DNA of 64,000 nucleotides, taken from NCBI GenBank assembly GCA_964016885.1, contig OZ024743.1:335296001-335360000 (forward strand), read 5' to 3'. The stretch's first letter is position 1, and the number at the start of each line of letters is the position of its first letter. Below the pieces are notes generated by a model. That model searched no databases, had not been told where the DNA came from, and saw only the letters and a list, made by a program, of their open reading frames with translations. This document shows, in pieces, positions 16,140 to 31,200 of the stretch. This DNA comes from Eledone cirrhosa. Taxonomy: Eukaryota. The position numbers and the translations under genes were made by a program.

Positions 16140-16285
16140 AAGTGGGTAGATGAATTTAGGGGGAGAAAGGACAGTCTTGAAGATGACTCAAGGTGTGGAG
16201 ATCCTGCAACTGCTGCGATCGAAGAAAATATTGAGCGTGTTCACCATATAGTGATGGATGACAGGCGATTGACTATAAATCAAAA
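16140..16285 (+). mobile_element. mariner transposase fragment (HTH-linker region)
   Basis: Translates KWVDEFRGRKDSLEDDSRCGDPATAAIEENIERVHHIVMDDRRLTINQ, matching the mariner EDDPRSGRP...ENI...DRR pattern. Confidence 0.75.
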
Positions 16286-17387
16286 ACAGCCCATGCTATT
16301 ACTATATCCTCTGAGAGAATTGCTGTTCTTCCCGGCAAAGCTTTCCTCATTTTGTCTGCTGGTCGCAGGTGTGATATAGCATCCAGCCGGTGCATAAGTT
16401 TGCTCCTCCCTTCTTCCTTTTTTCCTCATTTTATTTTTCTCCATTCCACTTTTTATCATTCTCTTCTTGTTCACCTATTGTTAAAACATATCGTGAATTT
16501 TTACCTCATTCAGTTAAGACAATCCTATAAAGCACATACACGTATAATCCGCCTCCCCCACATTGTGCTAGAATGCTTACTGTATGATATAAGTGTAAGA
16601 AATAACTGTCACGTCCTGTCAGAATCATTATCATCTCCCACTGCTATGCCTATCAACAGAACAATATGATACACAAGGTCAGGTGAAAATAATATATTAG
16701 CAGCAACAATATTTTTTTTCAGACATCTCAACCCTGTGCTGAAACAACTGTCTTACTCTGACCGTGTACATTCTCCTGTCGCTGCTATGGTAATCAAAAG
16801 AACCTACTGCTACACAAGTACAGATTTGAGAAAGGTGAAATAATTGCAAGCTAACCAGTCTGTAACACTACAATCAATACGATGTTTGCATGGTATGGTC
16901 CTGTGACTCGTAAAGAACACATAGGGGTGCCGAATTGACATGTGGTGTTTCTAGAGCAGTTTTAAAATTGGTGGATCCCATCTCCTCTTCGGCTCTGAGT
17001 ACAGTAGATTTCTCTCAGAGAAGGATAGAGCGTAACAGAATGGACGTGAGAAAGATCTATAGAGGAAGAATCGACCCCAGTACAAGAATGGTACGTTTTT
17101 ATAGACCTCGAATGGATGAGAGGCAACGTTGACCTCGCCGGGATTTAAACACAGAAAGCTGAAACGAAAGTTGCAAAGCATTCTATCCGACATTCTAAAG
17201 ACTCTAGTATTTTGCCGCGATCAATACGATAAAGCGCCAGAATTATAAGTTTAAATGACGACGCAGTGCCACAGAACGATGTCTAAAACTAATATCGCAA
17301 TTACGTCCTTCAAGAAACACTAGTATTTCGTTATTCACGGTGATATTTACATCATTCGTCGAGATACATCGGCAATAGATATACGCA

Positions 17388-17747
17388 TATTCCCGGGTCC
17401 CAAATAATAGGGGGTAAATAAGCGGGGAATCTGGAATAAGTGGGGGATGGGTGGGTGGGAAATTGGTAATTTTTCTAAGTTGTCTCTGAATCCTTTAAAA
17501 ACCAGAATTAGTTGTTTAGTTTACATATTGAGACCATCAACCCATCCCATTTATTTTATAACGTATGAAATTTGTAGTAATATACCATATTGTCATGTAT
17601 AATTTTTGTAATGTATAAAGGTGTGCTAACATTTTTCCCGAAGATAGATTAGCAACTTTTAATAAGCAGGGGTTTTCGAATAAGAGTGAGTGAGTTGGAA
17701 ATATCTGAAACATTAATAAGCGGGGGGCAATTATTCAAGACTTGAAA
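17388..17747 (+). mobile_element. Putative MITE / non-autonomous DNA transposon; second copy ~23925-24330
   Basis: Both copies begin gggtcccaaataatagggg, carry repeated aataagcgggg motifs and end with a loosely inverted (a/c)tattc...a terminus. Confidence 0.5.
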
Positions 17748-17802
17748 GGACATGTATATATATGTGATTAAATAACAAAATGATACCAGGTATATATATA
17801 TA

Positions 17803-19495
17803 TATATTTCTTTAGGTTTGTTCGTTCACAACTGGATAGAACTGGTTATTCCGTATGGTCAATCTTGGTGTAATATTGTGAAGAGTACTCAACGCAGTGC
17901 TGTTCACTCATCTTCGTTTGTGTAGTTGGTGGTGCGAATACGGAGTTAATTATAAATGAAATAAAATAACAGGAGGCTGGACTGGTGTAAATCCTTGAAA
18001 GGTTTATTATACTATGATCATTTAAATTAAATTAAATTAAAAATATTAAATTGCAAAATTATAAATTGAAAAATAAGTTATTAGAGAATTAAAGATTAAG
18101 GTAGCGCGATTTATTTATTTAATGAACTTACGGAGAGAGTCTTATATGAAAAGATTTTATCTCGATAAGATATTAGGATGGGATATAGAGTAAAGATTTC
18201 GATTGGGAGTCCCAGCCAGCACACCCCCCACCATGAATCAGCCAGTCTCGAGTGGTATCGTCCAGCGAAAGAAATGGAAATTAATTTTTCCGAGTACTCT
18301 AGGAACGTAGCTAACTTTGGCCCCGGGATCGCTAACGGGAACTCCACAATTACGACAGGCCATCGTCTATACCGGTCCCACCACGCCGCCTGTTTTGGCC
18401 GCCACATTATACTTGTACCTACAAACTCCAGGTGTAGGTATAACTATTAGCTGTATCATGCCTCTACTGGCACGTAAATAAACCCCTCATGTGTGATTTA
18501 ATAGTATTCGTTTGGTATAGACGATGGCCTGTCGAAATTGTGGAGTTCCCGTTAGCGATCCCGGGGCCAAAGTTAGCTACGTTCCTAGAGTACTCAGACA
18601 AATTAATTTCCATTTCTTTCGCTGGACGATACCACTCGGGACTGGCTGACTCATGGTGGGGGTGGGGTGCTGGCTGGGACTCCCAATCGAAATCTTTACT
18701 CAATATCCCATCCTAATATCTTATCGAGATAACATTTTTTCATATAAGACTCTCTCCGTAAGTTCATTAAATAAATAAATCTCGCTACCTTAATCTTTAC
18801 TTCTCTAATAACTTATTTTTCAATTTATCATTTTGCAATTCAATATTTTTAATTTAATTTAATTTCATCCTATAACTCGCAACATAAGTTTAACGTTCCA
18901 ATCTTCGGTTCACACATTGAACCATACAGACACCCATTATAGATTCTTTGGGGTAGCATTTTTTCGCGGCAGTTTCTAGCATGAATGTAGTATGACCCTT
19001 ACACTACACTTCTTTCTCCCTTTCTTTCTTTCTTTCTTCCCCTTCTTCTTTGACGGAGTGGTGGTTGTCCATTATAAGCCTTCGCCCCCTCAGCAGATAT
19101 TCATTAGTAGATTCAGTTGCCAATACTTTGAGGGCGACTGGCCGAGAGGCTAGTTGGTCAGTCGTCCTCTTTGTCTCTGTCTCTGATTTTTCGGACCCAT
19201 GGTTTTTTACATATTCCTTTGTTATATTCCAATACCTGATGATATCACCGGATTCATATGGAACCCGGTCAGTGAAATGATCATAGTATAATAAACCTTT
19301 CAAGGATTTACACCAGTCCAGCCTCCTGTTATTTTATTTCATTTATAATTAACTCTGTATTCGCACCACCAACTACACAAACGAAGATGGGTGAACTGCA
19401 CTGCGTTGAGTACTCTTCACAAAATTACACCAAGATTGACCATACGGAATTACCAATTCTATCCAGTGGTGAACCAACAAACCTAAAGAAATATA
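17803..19495 (+). mobile_element. PLE-type terminal insertion with inverted 5' copy: arms 17803-18023/19275-19495 and 18024-18373/18514-18865
   Basis: Nested reverse-complement arms, TA tracts on both flanks, HHR at 19232-19289. Confidence 0.85.
19232..19289 (+). ncRNA. Minimal type-I hammerhead ribozyme motif
   Basis: atac CTGATGA tatc accgg..ccggt cagt GAA ATGATCAT A gtat, followed by aataaa; palindromic stem III, AUA triplet. Confidence 0.75.
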
Positions 19496-19552
19496 TATAT
19501 ATATATATATATATGCACATATATACACACGTGCGGGTGTCTGTGAGGATAA

Positions 19553-19665
<113 letters not shown>

Positions 19666-19829
19666 ATCATTGTATTGTGTTATTCTTTTCCGTTTAGCTT
19701 TCACACACAAACACATAACTCTACAAGGTAAACTCTCTCTAATACACCTTATTTCGTATGCATATATGCACATATATACATACAGGCTGCTACATATATG
19801 CCTATCAATAGGCATTCACAGTAACACAC

Positions 19830-19934
<105 letters not shown>

Positions 19935-19939
19935 ATAAA

Positions 19940-20270
19940 GGCGCATGGCTTAGTGGTTAGAGCATTGGGCTTGCAATTGAGAGGTTGTGAGTTCGATTCT
20001 CGGACCGGGTGATGCGTTATGTCCTTGAGCAAGACACTTTAAATCACGTTGCTCCAGTTTACTCAGCTGTAGAAATGAGTTGCGACGCCACTGGTGCCAA
20101 GCTCTATCGGTCATTGCCTTTCCCTTGGACAACATCGGTGGCGTGGAGAGGCGAGGCTGGTATACATGGGCGACTGCTGGTCTTCCACAAAACAAACCTT
20201 GCCCAGGTTTGTGCCTCAGAGGGAAACTTTCTAGGTGCAAAACCATGGTCATTCGTGACCGAGTGGGGCC
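19940..20270 (+). mobile_element. SINE family 2 (tRNA-derived); other copies ~45445-45740(+), 46040-46225(-), 25480-25610(-), 29655-29770(+), 46815-47060(+)
   Basis: A box tggcttagtgg, B box gttcgattc, then conserved tgtccttgagcaagacactt and ttgctccagtttactcagctg. Confidence 0.85.
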
Positions 20271-23200
20271 ACCATATATATATATATATTTTCCCCGTCC
20301 AAATGTAATTTGGTCTTTTTACAGTCAGAAATTATTGTTTAGAACTTTGGACTAGCTCGCTGTAGAGCAAACTTCTTACCAACACTGGAATGCATCAACC
20401 CTGGATTGTTAAATCATGTATGAACAACTTATTTCCATTTTACAACGGTAGAAATGTTCGGTGTATGTATTAAAAAATAGTTTTCTGCTGTTTACATTTA
20501 GCCTCAACAGTAGACAACAGAACCTTACAGTGCCAGGTACCAATGCCGCAATTACGAATTATATGGTTCTACATCTTTTAAACATTTCTCAAAATGAGCA
20601 TGTTAAATGAGAAAGAGATTGATGAGATAACTTCTAAAATTCTATAGCAATCGGCTTTTAAGAGGTTTGACAAAAAATGTATCGACTGGTCGTCTCGCTC
20701 AGAGGCAACATACTTCCGAATTTCTTTTAGATTAAAACCATATCGAAGACTATACTCTAATCAATAAAATTCAGAAGGCCATCGGCAATTAAATGCTTAA
20801 ATTGCCATTATCCATTTATTAATTAATATATTTATTTGCTTGTTTATTATCACGAAGATTTTCGCTATTTTATATAATATTATAGTTGGCTATTTCAGCC
20901 ACTAAATATAATTCTCAATATGAAATAAAGAAAATCTACTAATACATTTCTTTCAAAGCTCTCATTGAAGTTGTGGTGTCTTTACATGAATCAATACACT
21001 AACGGAAACAAGTGGTTAACACACCAATATTGTATGCATTGAGAATCTGGTTTGAAATGTCTTCTTAACTTATCAATACTATGGGAATACATTTGTTTCC
21101 GCAGTCAAAAAAGGGGAAAAAAACAAACCAAGATGATGACTAATTATAATAATGTATTTTTTTTTCTACTATTCTAGAATAATTGAACGCTAGTGTAAAA
21201 TTGTAAAATACATACGTGTGTATATAAATGCAAATATAACCTAACACACAGGGAGAGCGTGGGAGGGAGATGAAATAAAGGGAAAGAGAAAAATGAATGA
21301 ATAAAATATAGAAATTTCAACTTAAAAACAATTTTAAATGTATAACATTTTTAACTTGAATAAGTGATGGGCGAAGAAGAAGAAGAAGAAGAAGAAGAAG
21401 AAGAAATTTAAATGATTTTTTACTTATTTGTCCTGCTGTATACAAATATAAATAAGAAATGAACATTTTGACAGTAGATATCACGGGAAATTTGATAGAA
21501 TGCAAAAGAAAATACTTCGAAATATTTAGTTTTAAGTTCAAATTCCGGTTTACTGTGTGTGTTTTGTATTATTCGGGGTTGTTAACTTTGTCATAGAGTG
21601 TCTGACAGAAGTTTCCTGTGGTAATTTATTGATGGCATTTACATACTGAGTTAAAATCCTGGCGTGCACATCATTTCTTTTTAACCTTCTTTCATGGTTT
21701 TTAACCCCAGACCAGTCCTTGTCCAGCAGATATTGTCCAAATATATTTTAGAAAAGTTCATGCACCCATTATTTCAGGCATAGTGTAACTAGAGCTATAT
21801 TATAAATGTATCTTTAGTTGTTTTTTTTTTAAATGTTAGTGCGTTATTTGAGGGTGAAATCGGGAATATAACTTCTACTGACGGACAAAATATATCTATG
21901 TGAGAAGAGGGCAATTTTTGTACACCCCACAGGATAAAAACTGAACATGTCTAAATATGGATGAACAAAGGAAAGGCAATTGTTGCCCAGTAGAATGTAC
22001 ATATGAACATGCATCTATAAATATATAATATATATATATATATATAATATATACAGTATTTTCCGTTGTGTTGTAATATATATATTACACACAGTAGATT
22101 GACAGCTCACGTAGAGTTTGCTCGACGGTTCCAGTTGTAGTTTCAAAAGTAATCCGGAGAAAAATAGAGTCTAATATATATATATATATATATAATATAT
22201 ATATGTATACTATATATATACAATGATATTAAACTTATCGAATGCTCTGAATCAGTTATAAACGTTTATATTTGTTGAATTTCTAACAAATTAAATATCC
22301 CTTCTACTTATAATATATATATATATAATATATATAATATATATATAATATATATATATAATATATATATACTATATATATATAATATATATATATATAA
22401 TTGTTTCTACTTTAGGCACAAGGCCAGCAATTACCCAGTACATTACTGGTACTTTATTTTATCGACCCCGTAAGGATGAAAGGCAAAGTTAACCTCGGCG
22501 GGATTTGAACTCAAACCGTAAAGGGACGTAACTATGCTAGAAAGCATGGCGTCCAACCCTCTACCGATACTGCTAATTCACCATATTATATATATAATAT
22601 ATATATATATACAATATATATAATATATATATAACATATATATATATATGCGCGTGCGTATGTATGTGTGTGTGTTTATATATAGTTAGTGGCCGATGGG
22701 AACTTCTTTTCCCGTCTTTCAGTGTCTTCACTGTTTTATAGCATCTACGCGCGCGGGCAAACCACTCTTTATATTTACTTGATATCTCTTTAGCGCTTCG
22801 TAAAAGTCCGTCAGATCGGCTACGTATATATATATAGTATAAAGAAAACGAAAAATCATTGATACATCTGGACTTAATTTATTGCGTGTTACAATTGTTT
22901 CGCCGGCAGGTAGCTCGAGACATGGTCCTTGTATGGATCTGGCTGATTCTACTTCTGCGGGTTCTTTCAGACACGGGTGTTTCATCCGGAGCAAATTTTA
23001 TCACTGTGGTGTTATCATAAAAAAACACCCTCAAAAAACCCTACTTCCACTCTTGTCATGCCATTGGTTGTTTTGACTCCACGTCATCACAAGTTCTAGT
23101 CAGTATCTGCTGCCACATGGGTCATCAGCCATTTTCCGTCCGACACATTTCGATGGAATCATGCTGCGTTCAGTATTTCACAGGTCTGTTCACACTTCAT

Positions 23201-24699
23201 ATATATATATAGTTTATGTAAATATACGTACTAAAAGTCTATTTTCTTGAATACTTCTTGCAATACGGTGGTCAGGAACTTGTAAGTAAGGAGTTTTTCC
23301 TCGTTCTACAAAGTCTGTTTCCAAATAGTCTTGAAGCTGGTGTATTTTAGCTGCTGCAGATTGGTAGAAGATTTTTCGTGATGTCGGCGTATGTTTGATT
23401 TATACCTATTATAATAATTGTTTCTACTATTTGCACAAGGCCAGCAATTATCCCAGTACATTATTTTATCGACCCCGTAAGGATGAAAAGCAAAGTAAAC
23501 CTCGGCGGGATTTGAACTCACACCATAAAAGGGCGTAACTCTATGCTGCAAAACATGATGTCCGACCTTCTTCTGATACTGCCAATCGCCGTCCTATGTA
23601 ATATACCTATTATATCTATTATAATAATTGTTTCTACTTTTGGCACAAGGCCAGCAATTACCCAGTGCATTACTGGTACTTTATTTTATCGACCCCGTAA
23701 GGATGAAAGGCAAAGTTCACCTTGGCGGGATTTGAACTCAGAATGGCAAGGGCCGTAACTCTATGCGTCAAAGCATGGCGTCCGACCCTCTACCGATACT
23801 GACAATGGCGTCTAGCGTGGTTTTATGCTTTATATAGTCAAGGGCGTGATGAGAATCTTTTCTGTGACTTGAACTATTGATTAACGATTAACAGTTGTGG
23901 AGAAATTATTCTTGAAATCTGTCTATACTTGGGTCCCAAATAATAGGGGGAGTAATAAGCTGGTAGTGGAGTAAGGGTAGGGTTGGAATAAGCGGGGGTG
24001 AGATGGAAAGTATGTAATGTTTTTAGGCTGTATCCGTTGTTTTTCTTAAAACGAGGATTAGTCTTTTAGTTTATATATTGAGATCCCAACCCATCCTATT
24101 TATTTTATAATATAGGATTTCTTGTAATGTACTTTTTTGTCATGTTTAATATTTTTTGCTGTATAAAGAAAAGAATTGTCACAGGAATCCTAACACATAC
24201 AAAAACTTTCGCTGGAGATAGATCAGCAAAATTTAATATGCAGGAGTGGAGATAGAATAAGAGTGGGTTGTTGGAAAAAATCTGAAAAATTAATAAGCGG
24301 ATAGGGAGGACTATTCGAAACACGAGAATATTCTAATGCCTTTTTTTTCGTTTGTTTCCATCGCTGTATAAATCTTGTAGTAATAGTGTAATAAACTGGT
24401 TTAACTGACGTAATAGCTTTCATAGCTTTCCCGTTTCCTGTTTTATGGAGCAGAATGATCCTTGCTTCATTTCATGAGTCAAGGATTCTTTAGCTGCTAA
24501 ATTCTTATTGAATAGTGTTGTTGTCCCCTTTAATCCCGCTGTTTCTCTTACTTTTATTATGTCAACTCTAATCTCATCGTTTCCTGGGATTTTCTTATTA
24601 TAAAGACTTTTTCAATGACATTACTGTTTCTTCTTCGAGAATTGCTGATGGTAGGTTTGGACCAAAGTGGAAGAACAGCAGATGGGGAGCATTTAACAG

Positions 24700-25270
24700 G
24701 ACTGCTATTTACAGACGACAGAAGATTACCAGAAACAAAGTTAGGTAATTAAGATAAGTAAACAAATTGAATAGGGTAAGAGATACCATGTACGAGATAA
24801 AGACTAGATATATGAAGAACTGCAACATACAAGAACAGATAACGATAGAAGATATATTTAAATGTAGTTATTTACAAATATCTAGGCTACATATTTAGAT
24901 AGTTTACATATCAGTTACAGAAGAAAAGTTCAGAAAAAGAATAATAGCTGGATGGAACTGTTTCAGAAGATATATTTTGTGATAAAGAACAATTACCCTT
25001 ATCAATGATAAAGAAAACTATTCGTCCAAAGCGTGTTGCCAACAGCAGTATGTGGGAGCGGATCATGGTAGGTAAACCAAAGGATAAAAAATGAAATAAA
25101 AACATGTAGTATATCATCAGAATAAGGAAGTTGAATATCAGACATAATTATGTGTGGAAGAATAAGAAGGAAGACAAGAATTAGAAGTTATACATAGAAA
25201 AACAAAGTAGAGTTGGCCAAGATATTTAGCTAGAATATAATAGATTGCCAAACAGGACGACAGAGTTTAT
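24700..25270 (+). pseudogene. Highly decayed RTE-like RT remnant
   Basis: Scattered peptides YKYLG, KRIIAGW, QLPLSMIKK across frames. Confidence 0.4.
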
Positions 25271-26149
25271 TTCACGTGCGGAAAAGGGCGGAACGGTAGA
25301 TAGTGAAAGATATAAGGGAGGGGCGGGCGTAAAAAGTTTGTCTGAAAATCGGAGGTTCTTCCGGCTGGTGCTTATCTCAATTTACTTGGCATTACGTGAC
25401 TAAGAGTACAATAATTTCCTCTGGGCAGGGCGTCAGTTCATCGCAAAATTAAACCCCTTGCTACTTTTGCTGCTTGTTTTCAGCTGCGTATACTGGAGCA
25501 ACATGAAATGAAGTGTTTTGCTCAAGAACACAACACAGAACACACTCCAGGAATCAACTCACCACGTTATGATCGTAAGTCCAATCCACTTAACACTAGA
25601 CCATGGGCCAGATTGAGGGACAACATCGAAAAGTACATGAAGGGCGATCAGAAGTACAAATCCATTATTGAACAGGAAAGATGGAAGAAGGCTGAAATGG
25701 GATATTTCTAGATATGAGCTTCTGTATCGTAAATAAGAAGTAAAATCACGTGATATTCGTGATGTTAATTGTATCAGTTCATCTTGGTTTTGTACTTGAT
25801 TGCGTTTAGTTTTAGAGATTCAGAACATGACACGAATATCACAAATCAATTTGAGGCATTTATACATTTTTTGCGTTATTTTTTTCTGGCGCAAACCAAT
25901 TCTCAATTTTTGGAATTTCAAACAAACGTTTCTTTGCGGCGGTCAGAGTATTTCGTACATCTTCCTCATATCCCGTGAATATGAAATACAGTCAATTCTA
26001 TAGTTTACTTGGTCATGAGGTTAAATGTAACATTTAGTGTAAGTAGTTTGGTCGTGGTTTCCCATTCACCTACACAGCTAGATCGTCTGTTGAACTGCCG
26101 TCGGTGTCTAAGTGGTGGATGGTTGTTTTACTATTGTAGCAACAGACAA

Positions 26150-28240
26150 TTTTTTTTTTGAACCACAAACATGTTTATTTAACTCTACTGGGATAAAAGA
26201 ATAGTATTTAACTTATGTAATGATACGCGATGGGGCCCATCAACAGCCCCGGCGGACAGAATGGAGAAGGCGTTTCCTCGGAGGACGGCGAGGGAGACGC
26301 GCTGGAAAAGCCACTCCAACTCGCGGGGCTCACACCTACGGCTGGCCAGCTCTGCGCCTATGGTGGTGAGTAGGGAGGTAGCCCTGAGGCCGAGGACACC
26401 AGAAGTTTCCACTGCCAGGGGAACGACCCCAAACCTGTCGGAGAGCGATCGGTATTTGAGGAGTTTGGGCCCCTCAGCCCGACGTGCAGCAGAACCTGGG
26501 TCAGTCGCAGACTGCACCAGGTTGTGGCTGCAGAAAGTCTCGGTGCAAGTGGCAACCCAGACGAGGGGTTTGCCACCGTGGAACGGGAAGATGGTCATGC
26601 CATCTGGCCTTTTGCCGTCCCCTCGATCCAACCCCACCGGCTCGAGCTGGGAAGGGAAGCCTGCAGTGTCCAACCTATGCTTAATGACCTCGTTGGGGGC
26701 AGTATGGCGTGGAATGCGGCCGGCACTGTGGCGACAGGAAAGTGGATGGAGGCCTAAAGAGTCCACGGTGGAACCGCAGTGACATGGGTGTTGCTGGCAG
26801 ATCCGGAGGCCGAGCGTCAGGGAAACGCCGATTCGCAGGCTATGGTTGTCTAGCTGCGTACCCGTGGAGAAGGAGGGCAGAGTATTGAGCCAGGCACCAC
26901 TGTGGTGTTTGGAGGCCGCACTAAAACAAGCAAGGCGGTGCTGGTCGAGCTGGCGCGTGAGCCTGTCTGAGGCCAGGCTGCACTGGATGGCATCCCAAGT
27001 GCGTTGGGGGGACTTGACGTCAACAGGGGGAGAAGGAGGAGGGACGTCTACTGGCCAAGTTGCAGCCTGTCCCACGTCTCACAGGCGGCTTCACGTTCTC
27101 TGAACACAGAGGATTCTGTTGTGTTTTGAAGAACCCTGCTGACGAGGACGCGGCACGAGGTTACCGACGAAAGATACGCCGGCAAAGCTAGTGAGATCGG
27201 GGATCGGAGGCCTAGGCCGCCATACCTGACCGGTAAAGTGGCTTGTTGCCACCCTATGTCGTCAAACATGACGTTGCATATCCCCTCGGCTGCTGCTCGG
27301 ATACAAGTATCGAGGTCAGTGAGGAGAGATGTCTGGGTGTAGCAAGGAGCGCTGAGCAGTGTATAGAGGAGCTTCGGCATGGCGAAGCAGTTCCTCAACA
27401 GAAAGACAGCTGGGTGGCGCTCAATCAAGCCTAGTCGGCTCGTGAGAGTCTGGAGCTGTTGAAGCGTGTACCTGATGGTGGAGCGGATGGCCTGCGGGTG
27501 GATCGGTGACCCGAGGATGAGGACATCCTCTTTGGGGGTCACCTGAACCTGGCGGAGAATGGACTGCACGTCCAAGACGGAGGCTGCAAATCTCACAGCA
27601 TCGAGGCTGACGTTCACCACCTCCGACTTGGCCGAGTTGACCTGGAGGCAGATTGCCGCCAGGGCAGGAATCATCGATTGATTGGCAGACCATCCGTACG
27701 GGCCCGTCCAACGTAGCATCATCCAGATACCAAACGTTTAGTTGGGCCGTGATACTCCGGGCGATGTGGTCAATACCAAGGGTGAACAGGAGGGGTCCCA
27801 AAGGGTCGCCCTGTTGGACCCCAGTAGCTGAGGGTATGACCGTATCAGCAGCTACGAGCATGCTCGGGGCTCCATATGGCAGGTAGGCCAGCGGGTAGGC
27901 AGAGGGGCTCGGCTGAGGCAGGCCTCGAGCAGATGATCCCGGCGTAAAGAGTTAAAGGCATTCCTCATTTCAAGCTTGACAATGAGGTGCATGGAGTCCC
28001 TGGATGCCGGTACTGATGGGCAGCTGCTGAAGAACTGCCTGATTGCATGAGAGGCTCCCTCACAGCCACCGGACACGCCGACACCTAGTTGCATCGGTGA
28101 CACCTAGTTCATGTGTGACAGACTTGCAGATCACCTTGGCAGCCAGCCTTCGGAAGACATTGCCCACAGCAATGGGGCGTATGCCACCGCCTTTCTTCCT
28201 GAGAGCGCTGAGGCTGGCCAAAAAAAATAGGCCTCGGGCG
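26150..28240 (-). mobile_element. CRE-clade non-LTR retrotransposon (RT + zinc finger + restriction-like endonuclease), 5'-truncated and frameshifted, with poly(A) tail
   Basis: GGIRPIAVG, NAFNSL, GVQQGDPLGPLLF, WYLDD, LPVRYGGLG, CHCG..HPLSC..RH, KRPDG, PLAVETSG, SLAVLRGNA; AATAAA and T10 at 26150-26159. Confidence 0.85.
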
Positions 28241-28496
28241 TAATGAGCCTATTGGTGAGCGCTATAATTGTTGTTGTGTAGAGTTGTCTAACTATAAATT
28301 ATATATCTTTATCATGCTTCTGATAATGTGTGGACTGAGATCTCCGTTTAAGGGCGTCTCATACAAAGTGATTTTTTTCTGAATGTGGGGTGGGTTTAGA
28401 ATTTAAATTTATAGGATAACTGTATTTTGCGTGATGTGTTTGACTTATTTTAGCGTTGTTGTAATTAATTGTTATATAGGATTGGGTAGGGAAAAT

Positions 28497-28595
<99 letters not shown>

Positions 28596-30044
28596 GTGTG
28601 TGTGTGCGTGGTGTGTGTGTTTACATACTCATACACATATGTTCCATCTTTATTATATATGCATATATTTATATAGCACTATGCAGTAAATCTTTGACGA
28701 TGCTAATTGCTGGGACTCTACTCTATTATAATTATTCGAGTGCAACAATGAAAGGTTTGAGTGTTCTCTACTAGGACGATGGATTACCAGATTGAAAATC
28801 ATCCTTTTATTTACTTTTAGAGTTTGACATTAATCGCTTCATGTAATGTTTCATCTAGCTTTATGTTCTAAAATATTTTATTATATGAGAGAAATATACC
28901 ATTTAACTGCTGAAACGAAAACCGCCAACCTTTATTCCGCTTCCACGTTCTTAGTTTGTTCAGGGATATTTTTGAAATTGCATGTATTAGAACCTGCATA
29001 CCTGATCCTATATTTTTCATCAGCCAGAAGCTCCCATTTTATTCAGTAGGTCGAGCTGTATCTGCCAGTTTCCTGCCTGCAGTCCCAGGTTGCAGATAAC
29101 TGAATGGTGATCAGTAAACGGGTCAAGTAATCTCTTAACCTGAACATCCAGTACAGAATCTAAGAGATCAGATATAACAAGAAATAAATTACTGACGCCT
29201 GTCCTCTATTTCTCTTATACAATGTGAGTATTGCTTTGTAAATGAAAAAAAATATTCATAATGGAGAGTCCATGACTAGAAGTCTAATAAGCCCGCTCCG
29301 TTTGCATTCCAAGCTTAGATATAGCAAACGAAAGAGGCTTAGTGTGGCGCCCCGAAGTGGGAGGAGCCCTTGATTAAATGACGAAGCCACAACATCATGA
29401 TTGTAAGACCAACACTCTTACCACTAGGCCACACGCCTCCACATTGATTGATACAATTTGTTGTTTGTTTAACCATCATGTTTTATGATCGATAAACAAA
29501 CAAGAATATGTGATCAACCCTATACAAATGCATATTTCGGCCTGCATAATACTTGAACTTGATTGGAAATGAAACTCCAAAATGTGTGGAATATTATTGA
29601 CAAATTTCACTGATGTATATGAATAATTAATGTCCTTATATTTTTGTAAAGACGCGGGGCTTAGTGTTTAGATAATTGGATTCGCAAACGTGAGACTACG
29701 AGTTCGATTTGCAGACTGGGTGGTGTGTTATCTATTTGAACAAGAAACTTTTTTTCACGTGGCTCTTTCTGCCAGTTGTAAGCGGTAGATTGTATCAACA
29801 ATGGAAATACCAATGGAAAATGTGTGTCCTCGGTCAGATTTGACGAGTTTTATCCGCTCCTTAACGGATTGTTGTCTGGGATTTTGTAAATCGAATCGAC
29901 CGATCAATATTTTTGTGAAACAGCGACACTCACATATTTTATTTTCAAGAGGTTAAATATATCGATTATTTAAGATAAATCTGTTAACTTTTAATTTGGT
30001 CCTAATTATTACATATACATGTAATAAGTAAGTATATATGAACA

Positions 30045-30133
<89 letters not shown>

Positions 30134-31149
30134 TTGAAGACTAAAATCCAAAGAGGGCTCGATAATGATAAATATATATCAAATATATAAGAACCGTAGA
30201 GCAAATATTTATTAAAATAACAGATTAAAGTTTAAGCAAAGAATCCAATACTTTGCTTAAACTTTAATCTGTTATTTTAATAAATATATATATATATGTA
30301 TTTATGTGTAAGGGAGGGCGTGGCGTGCTCGGGTGTAAGTGTGTGTATTTGTGTGCGTGTGTGTGTGTGCGTGTGTGCATGAGTGTCTATTCAATTGTTA
30401 TTGATTTTATCTCTGTAATCGATGGCTACTAATCTGATCTTACAAAATATATTCATATAGTAACAGCTCACAAATAACTGAAGAGAGAATAGAATAAAAA
30501 AAAGGATACCAACTGTGGGAGAATCTAACCCCAACATTATAAAACACTCACAGACATGGCAAACACAAATACCCACACGCGGGGATGTGTGTGTGGGGGA
30601 GGTGTAAAACATGCGTGTGAATGTGTGTCCGTGTATGCGTGTGTATATGTCTGTGCAAGTGTGTGCATATGTGTGTGTGTATGTGTGCATGTGTGGGCCT
30701 GTGAGTGCATGTGTAGGCATGTTTGCGCGCATGAGTGTGCATGCGTGTGCGTGCATGTGTTTGTGTGCGCAGGTATACACGTGTGCGCATCTGTGTTTAC
30801 ATCTGTGTGTATGCACATGTCTGCGTACGTTTATCAAAGAGAAATACACTACATTCGCTTAAGAGGAAGAATTTGTAAGCAAAATAAAAAGCCCGTGCCA
30901 CGTTTAAAGGAAGTTAAAATATATGCATTTACACGTGCATCTATTGCAGTTTCATTGTAGATAGACATCAATTGCCAATATACTGCACAGTTACACATTA
31001 TTAAACTAGTCTTACCCTATTGAATTTTTCTAGATTGACATTTTTGACATTTCAACAATGGCATCGTCTTGAATAAATGATTTCTACAAATCAATACACC
31101 GTTAAAGTGGATTAGATGAGAATCATATATATGTTTGTGCGTGTGTGTG

Positions 31150-31200
<51 letters not shown>

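Noticed and set aside
18111-18716. Paired 75-98 aa ORFs on both strands
   Set aside because: By-product of the inverted repeat; no domain motifs
19940-20010. tRNA gene
   Set aside because: A and B boxes continue into a SINE body found in several copies; no complete cloverleaf
22728-23200. Possible Tc1 transposase remnant on the minus strand (..LPARVDAIKQ)
   Set aside because: Catalytic motifs are not recognisable with confidence
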